Assembly (NCBI RefSeq): GCF_001194135.2
Contig: NC_068984.1
Span: 95,715,444 to 95,767,146, forward strand
Reading direction: 5' to 3'
Origin: Octopus bimaculoides
Lineage: Eukaryota
Length of the DNA stretch: 51,703 nucleotides
A program made the position numbers and the translations under genes. A model generated the notes under the pieces. That model had not been told where the DNA came from. It did not search any database and worked only from the letters and a program-made list of their open reading frames with translations. Below, piece by piece: positions 45,500-51,703 of the stretch (the stretch's first letter is position 1; each line of letters opens with the position of its first letter).

Positions 45500-46400
45500 G
45501 CATTGAGTAAATTGTTAATTATTTGACGTAGGTTAGCGTCAAAATGTGAAAAATTTGGGAGGATGATAAATCAACCAAGACATTTGGTAACAATTTGAAC
45601 CCGACTGCTTCTGCAGAAGTGAGTACATAATATTGTGTGCGATAAATATATCACTTTGCTAAATTATACAGTAGTGAATTGCGAAATATCGATATATACA
45701 GAAGTGTCTGTGAGTATATATATATATATATATATATATAAACCGAGGTACTACTGTATATATATCAAGCATAAACCAAAACAAAAGATTTGTATCAAAT
45801 AGCTATGACGTGGGACAAACATATGGCAGACATATAGGTATAAAGAAAAGTTAAAACGATAAAAACAAGAATATAAGTAGACACGTCTAAGGTACGTATC
45901 AAGAGACTTGTCATCAACTTACTTCTGATGAGATGAAACACTTTGAATACGTGCAAAATTTGCCCGAAGTTCGTTTATCTCATCCCAGGTAGCCATTGTT
46001 GTTGAACTCTTCACAATTGAAGTTACATTTCCCCTCTCTTTCGTGGAAAATTTCTGTATATATTTGTGTGAGAAAACTATTCTTGGACGTCTTGACGCTT
46101 TGTGCAAAAGTACGTGTGCACTGAATGCATAAAAATTATTTATTACTACATTGTTTTAGGCAATGTAATAATAATTAACAGGGTTAATGTTTACTTGGAT
46201 CTGTTCAGTTTCGCTCACAGATTAAAATTTTTGGTATTTTAGAAGTTATTTCGTGTTAAATTTGTCGTATTTGGGTAATTTCAACCTATCAATGACGTGT
46301 ATTCCGGTTGAAGAAAGCTACTGGTGTTAGCGATAGTAATCGAAGAGGAGCCACTGATTTTCTTCTGCTACTAATATATTTGTGTTTTAAAAAAACACAG
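45500..46400 (-). promoter_or_regulatory. Probable UFL1 promoter / 5' UTR / proximal intron-1 region
   Basis: Surrounds the start codon, is repeat-poor and has visibly more CpG than the rest of the window. Motifs TGACGTA at 45524, TGACGTGG at 45806 and TGACGTGT at 46293. The TSS cannot be located from sequence alone. Confidence 0.55.
45923..45996 (-). CDS. UFL1: UFL1 coding exon 1 (74 nt)
   Basis: ATG in acaacaATGG context. Translates MATWDEINELRANFARIQSVSSHQ(K), like the UFL1 N-terminus (human MADAWEEIRRLAADFQRAQ). Donor aa|GTAAGT, phase 2. Confidence 0.95.
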
Positions 46401-47899
46401 TACATCCCTAAAAGATAGTATTTCTAAAAAAATACTGCAGTTAATTTGCAGTATATCTACATTAAGTATGATACACAGATGACCAATAAAATTTTAATGA
46501 CCATTCTATTGGTATCACCTGAAGTTAAAAGAACTGAATATACTGGTAAAGAGAAATCATTTTCCACAGGTTGACTTCTTAGTCAACAGTCAAATGATTT
46601 CTACTTGACTGTAGCACTGGTAATTTGGGGTGAGATTAAATGTATCTTAAAAGTGTTGTTTCTGTCTGAGAAAATGAAATTTTGAATTCCTTAAATATTG
46701 TACAGATCTCCAAAACTGCAAAAATTCATGTATTGCTTGAATGGTTTCTGATGGACTTTTAGGGAGGTTTTCTAATGTTTCGCTATTCAGCTTTCAGAGG
46801 TTGATAAAATAGGTCCTGTCAAGTAGTGAGGTTCAGCAAATCAACAATATCCTTCCTGCAATAAGATGCCTTGTTTATTTATTCAGTTTTATTTAATCAG
46901 TGAATGTTAGAACTGATAGGGTCTGAAGATATCACTTGTAATTTTTAGTTAGGATGCTTTGTTTTGAGTTCAACCAACAACTATACTTTTCTTCTCTGAG
47001 TGTGAAATACCTGCTAGTAATGTTTTGTGATAGATTCCATAGACTACATCATTTACCCTTCCTCTTGTAAGAAAAACCTTGTTCCAATGTGAAACTATTT
47101 CATTAAAGAAGCAATAGTGGATATCACTAACACAGTAGGCCATTAGATTGGATACTCTAACATAACCACTTTGATACATTAATTGTATATGTTTTCATTT
47201 CACCAGAGTTGTTAAAATAACATTAGTTACATAGCGATATTCATTTATAATCTTTTCTTCACAAATCTTTAATTCAATTACCTGAAGAAATTGTCTTACT
47301 GTAAAGAATTTTCAATTACCTATTATTTTTCCTTTTTTAATAACAGATACACTGCACACATTTTTGTACAAATCACATTATTCAACTTCATCTCAAAACT
47401 GATTTCATATTGAAAAATTACTCATAGATTTTTTTTTATATTGTTAATATCCTGTCATTTCTATGTGTAAAGCTGAAATTAAAAGGGTTAATCATTACCT
47501 CCTGTGAAATGACTCCTGAACTTTTCTAACAAGTGTGGTTTTCTCAACATATTCAGTTACACTAATTGGAACCATTTTAATGTCTAAATTGATAGGTATA
47601 TTGAATTAATTACCTCATGGGCCAGTTATGATGGTAGTTTAAAACACAAATTCTGTTATATTCCTTGGTCCAACAGTCAGGTTATCAATATCAATGTGGT
47701 CACTGAATCACATACATGGTGATGTTGACCATGGAAGTCAGAAATTAATTTACTGATTTTGACAGTTCCTTGCAGTTTAGCATAGTGTTTCTTTGCTGTA
47801 CAATTTCATGGTTTCTTTATTATCCCACAAAAGTGATTCAAAATTATAACCCTCAAACTAATAAAACAACCAATGTAAGAAAAACACTCCCAGTATGTG

Positions 47900-48800
47900 C
47901 TACCTTAACTTGTAGCAATATTGGTTTCAAATTTTGGCACAAGGTCAGTGATTTTAGGGGAGAGGGTAAGTTGATTAAATTGACCCCAGTGTTCAACTAG
48001 TACTTATTTTAACAACCCCAAACCTCGGCAGTCTTTGAACTCGGAACATAAAGATGGATGAAATACTGCTAAGCATTTTACCCGGCATGTTAACAATTCT
48101 TATTTCTTTACTGCCCACAAGGGGCTACACACAGAGGGGACAAACAAGGACAGACATATGAATTAAGTCAATTATATCGACCCCAGTGCGTAACTGGTAC
48201 TTATTTAATCGACCCCGAAAGGATGAAAGGCAAAGTCGACCTCTGCGGAATTTGAACTCAGAACGTAGCGGCAGACGAAATACTGCTAAGCATTTCGCCC
48301 TGTGTGCTAACATTTCTGCTAGCTCACCGCCTTTATACTTCTTGTTATATTATTTTCAAATTTTAGCACAAGGCCAGCAATTTTGGGGGAAGTGGTTAGT
48401 TGATTACATTGGTCCCCAAGATACAACTGGTACTTATTTTATTGAGCCCAAAAGGTTGAAAGGCAAAGTTGACTTCAGTGGAATTTGAACTCAGAAAAAA
48501 GACAGACAAAATGCCACTATGCATTTTGCTTGGTATGGTATTGATTCTGCCAGCTCACCATCTTATTTTATGTGTTAATATTACAACATGTATAAAGGCA
48601 GCAAGCTGCAGAATTGTTACTTCACCAGGCAAAATGCTTAGTGGCATTTCATCTGTCTTTACATTTTGAGTTCAAATTCCACTTTACCTTTCAACCTCTT
48701 GAAGTAGATAAAATAAGTACAAGTTGAATCCTGGGGTCAATGTAGTTGACTTACCTACTCCTCCGAATTTGCTGACCTTGCGTTAAAATTTGAAACTAAT
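47900..48800. mobile_element. Cluster of four OR1-like SINEs (three on -, one on +); best-preserved copy at 48110-48330
   Basis: Minus strand: gcggtgagctagcagaaatgttagcac...ttctgagttcaaattccgcagaggtcgactttgcctttcatcctttcggggtcgattaaataagtaccag. Confidence 0.85.
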
Positions 48801-49229
48801 ATTAATATATAAATATATTAGTACCAGTGTATGGCAACACATAGAAATAATATATATATATTATATATGCATATGGAGTGCATGTGTGTATTTAATTTAG
48901 ATAGAGAGATGTACATACATAAACACACACAATTTATAAAAACATATTTCCTATGCTTAATAACTGCAATAATAAACACTAAGGCATTCCAATCAATGTG
49001 TCATCTTTTGATTATGATAATAAATTCTCCCATTAGTTTCACCATATGAGAGTCCAATAGTTTAGTAAAACAATTTTAGTTCTTATGACAGAATTGTACT
49101 AAACTGTTAAATAACTATACAGTTAGTTTTTACCTTACTTGGATGATGGTCGTATGTAAGAGGAATATTTCTAATAAAATTGTATTTTGGTCTCTAGTTT
49201 AATCATGCTCAGGAGCAGTGTCCTTGACA

Positions 49230-50270
49230 ACTACAAGGGTTTCTGTTCTTCATTGCTGGCAAATAGTAAGTTCCAAACAGAAACAACATGCTTTAATTAA
49301 GTTCTTGTCAGAGGAAAGGCGAAGGCTGTCTGAAATCCATAGAAAAATACAGGTTGTTTACCAGGATAACAAGAGCAAAGTGCACAGATGGATGAAAGGG
49401 TTCAAAGAAGATAAAACCAGCAGTGGAGACAATTCATGTAGTGGGGCAGCATCAACTGTGACCAGTGGGGCACCTATCACCAATGAGTGGATGACTTGAT
49501 GAGTTACAATCTGTGAGTTTGCTGCACAACTGGAATGTAGTCACAATGCATTAGAGATGATGGAAGACTGTGTATCAAAAAGTGTGTGCAAAGGGGGTAC
49601 CTTGGCAGTTGACACCTGATTTGAAGGGGAAAAGTGTGGAAGCACTTTTTCTGCTGGAAAAGTTTGAAGACATATTTTTTCCCATGATGGAATGAAACAT
49701 GATGTACCTTTATGATCTGGAAATGAAGTCTCAGTCCATGGAATGGCATCACACATCTTCCTCAAGGCTTAAGAAGGTCAAGAACCAGTGGCTGGTACAG
49801 AAAGTCATGAGGACTGTTTAGGGGAATGACAAGGTATCATTCATCTTGATTTTCTGGAATGTGGCTGTACCATGAACAGCAAATAACGCATTGAGACACT
49901 CAAAAGAAAACTTAAGCAAAGTTATTAAGAAGAGACAGAACAAAAATCTGAAAATAAGTCATATTCACCATGACAATGTACAACCACACATATCTTTAGC
50001 AATAATTCAGGCAATCTGTAAATTGGGTTAGGTAGGGGTTCCCTCCTTTCTGTTCAGCTCAGATCTGGTACCTTCCGACAATTATCTGTTTGGTCCTATT
50101 AAGAACATCTTCAGAAACAACAATTTGAAGACACAGATGAGGTGAAAGTGTCTGTGAAGAAGTTAATACAACAGTGCACACTGAATTTTTTTCAAAAAGG
50201 ATTCATGAATTGGGTATAAGATGGTACAAATGAATTGCTTGTGATGGAAACTATGATGAGTAGTACCTCT
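49230..50270 (+). mobile_element. Degenerate mariner (DD34D-type) transposase
   Basis: KQHALIKFL..EIHR, SKVHRW..GFKE, ETW..YDLEMKSQSMEWHH, HHDNVQPH, SSDLVPSDNYLFGPIK, RWYKC...GNY. Confidence 0.88.
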
Positions 50271-50999
50271 GTATGGGGGGAAAAGTTACTCTACCAACAT
50301 GTGCAGTTTGAACGACTGATGTCAGTTAATAAAAGAAAATGTTATTCCCACTTTGCACTACTTTCAGTATAACCATTGTATTTGTTGCTAATGAGGTAAT
50401 CTTTATTTATATGTGACTTTCTGCTTATTTGAAATCAATAATTTAATGAACGTCTCAGAAATTAAACCAATTTTTCTAGGTAAGCTAAGTTAGCAACACA
50501 TTTGTTTCCTATTTGAAATCTTATCATTCTGCTGAAGCTATTAATATTCTTTGAGAAATAGAAACATCTTGGAATTCCATTTGCTTTTTTCTCTTGAGAC
50601 CAAATTCCACCATAGTCAACTTTGCCTTTCATCCATTTAGAGTCAATAAAAAAAAAATAGCACTCAATATGATTGACTATGTGTCTCCAACCTGCCCTAC
50701 ATTTTGACACAGTGCCTATGGGAATAGAATTTCCAGTTTCTTTTCTCTACTTTCATGTAAGAAGTCTCACACTAACTCCTCAAGTTTTACCCTCAAAACT
50801 TGAACATGATAAAAATAAGAGAAATTGTATAATAAATGCAATGAAGAGATAAGGAATCTTAGACTCAGAGGCTGTTGTGAATATTAGTTTGAAAACAGCT
50901 TTGGTGTGTCCATCAATGGGAATTCTTGTTTTAGTCTGTCAACCCTATTGTGCATCACATACTGTCTTCCTTCTTCAGTTTTTACATAATCTTGGTGCC

Positions 51000-51340
51000 C
51001 CAGATCCTCTAGAAATCTCTATGTGCCATAATTTTTCCTATAGACATCAACCTACAGACATTTTTGTAAAAACTTCTTTTTGTAATCTCTGCTTTTGATT
51101 GTTTTGATTTTTTTGCATTTGCACAGGGTCGCATCTTACACCCTGTTTCATCACTGGTAATGTTTATGTAAGGAAAAATTAAACAGAACATAGGACAAAA
51201 AACTATCTAAAAGCCATCAATTGTGCACTGGCACACAAATGCATTAAATTTGTAAAATGTTCAGAAAAGGTGTGAGGATCCATTTGTGAGTTCATTGTCA
51301 ATCTCCTTCAATCATTCTTCCCTGGATAACTGAGTATGTG
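51000..51340 (-). mobile_element. Possible piggyBac transposase C-terminal relic
   Basis: THKWILTPFLNILQI (cf. TRRWP..FFNILD) and Cys-rich GCKMRPCANAK...KAEITKRSFYKNVC. Highly decayed. Confidence 0.45.
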
Positions 51341-51656
51341 CTATAGAAAGTTAAGTAATTGAATGTTGAATTCTAGTCCGAGCATTTTCAGTTACAATGT
51401 ATGTAATGATATCAGAACACAAATTCTTGAGTAGGGATGAATTACTGAAGAACATCAAATTATCAGAAATTGATTCAAGTAATGACAGACATTACAAAAA
51501 TATTAATAAAGGGAAAAAACAATAGCACACTTAATTGTTGAACCTTTTGATGGTGAAATCGGTGTTACATTTAAAACTGACTTTTTCACAAATTCTTGGT
51601 AAAACTTTGTATTCAAATAAGAAAAAAAGTTTCCTTTCAGTGGGATAATTGCTAAT

Positions 51657-51703
51657 TCATCATCATCATCATCATCGTTTAACATCCGCTTTCCATGCTA
51701 GCA
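51657..51703 (-). mobile_element. RTE-type 3' tail at the window edge
   Basis: (CAT)n-cgtttaacatccgctttccatgctagca. Confidence 0.85.

Noticed and set aside
45925-45939. Hammerhead-like CTGATGAG-AT-GAAAC on the + strand
   Set aside because: There is no room for stem II, and it is simply the antisense of UFL1 exon 1 codons (VSSHQ).

Overview
This is eukaryotic genomic DNA, most likely from an octopus. That is an inference from the OR1/OR2-type SINEs, RTE LINEs with (GAT)n tails, TTAA MITEs and microsatellite density. The window holds the first 10 coding exons of one host gene, UFL1 (E3 UFM1-protein ligase 1), on the minus strand. All introns are GT-AG and the frame is uninterrupted for 1249 nt (416 codons + 1 nt). 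The ATG is at 45996 and the gene continues off the left edge. Exons 3, 5, 6 and 10 are not in the supplied ORF track and were found by reading splice sites. The introns are mostly decayed mobile DNA: a two-LTR Mag-type Gypsy element inside a 30-bp minisatellite, carrying two head-to-tail Helitrons, one of which carries an RTE; several RTE LINEs; Penelope-like fragments; mariner/maT relics; a PGBD4-like piggyBac with related MITEs; SINEs; and several long inverted repeats. I found no convincing novel protein-coding system. The most interesting signals are structural or regulatory: the CTAG|TC fusion of two divergent Helitrons that keep the same helicase tail, a mariner made of two 5' halves, a modular foldback element in intron 1, many intronic inverted repeats (candidate ADAR substrates), and TGACGT/UPRE-like motifs around UFL1 exon 1. 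Repeat-family names come from recalled similarity, not database searches, and TE boundaries are approximate unless TIRs, TSDs or LTRs are given.
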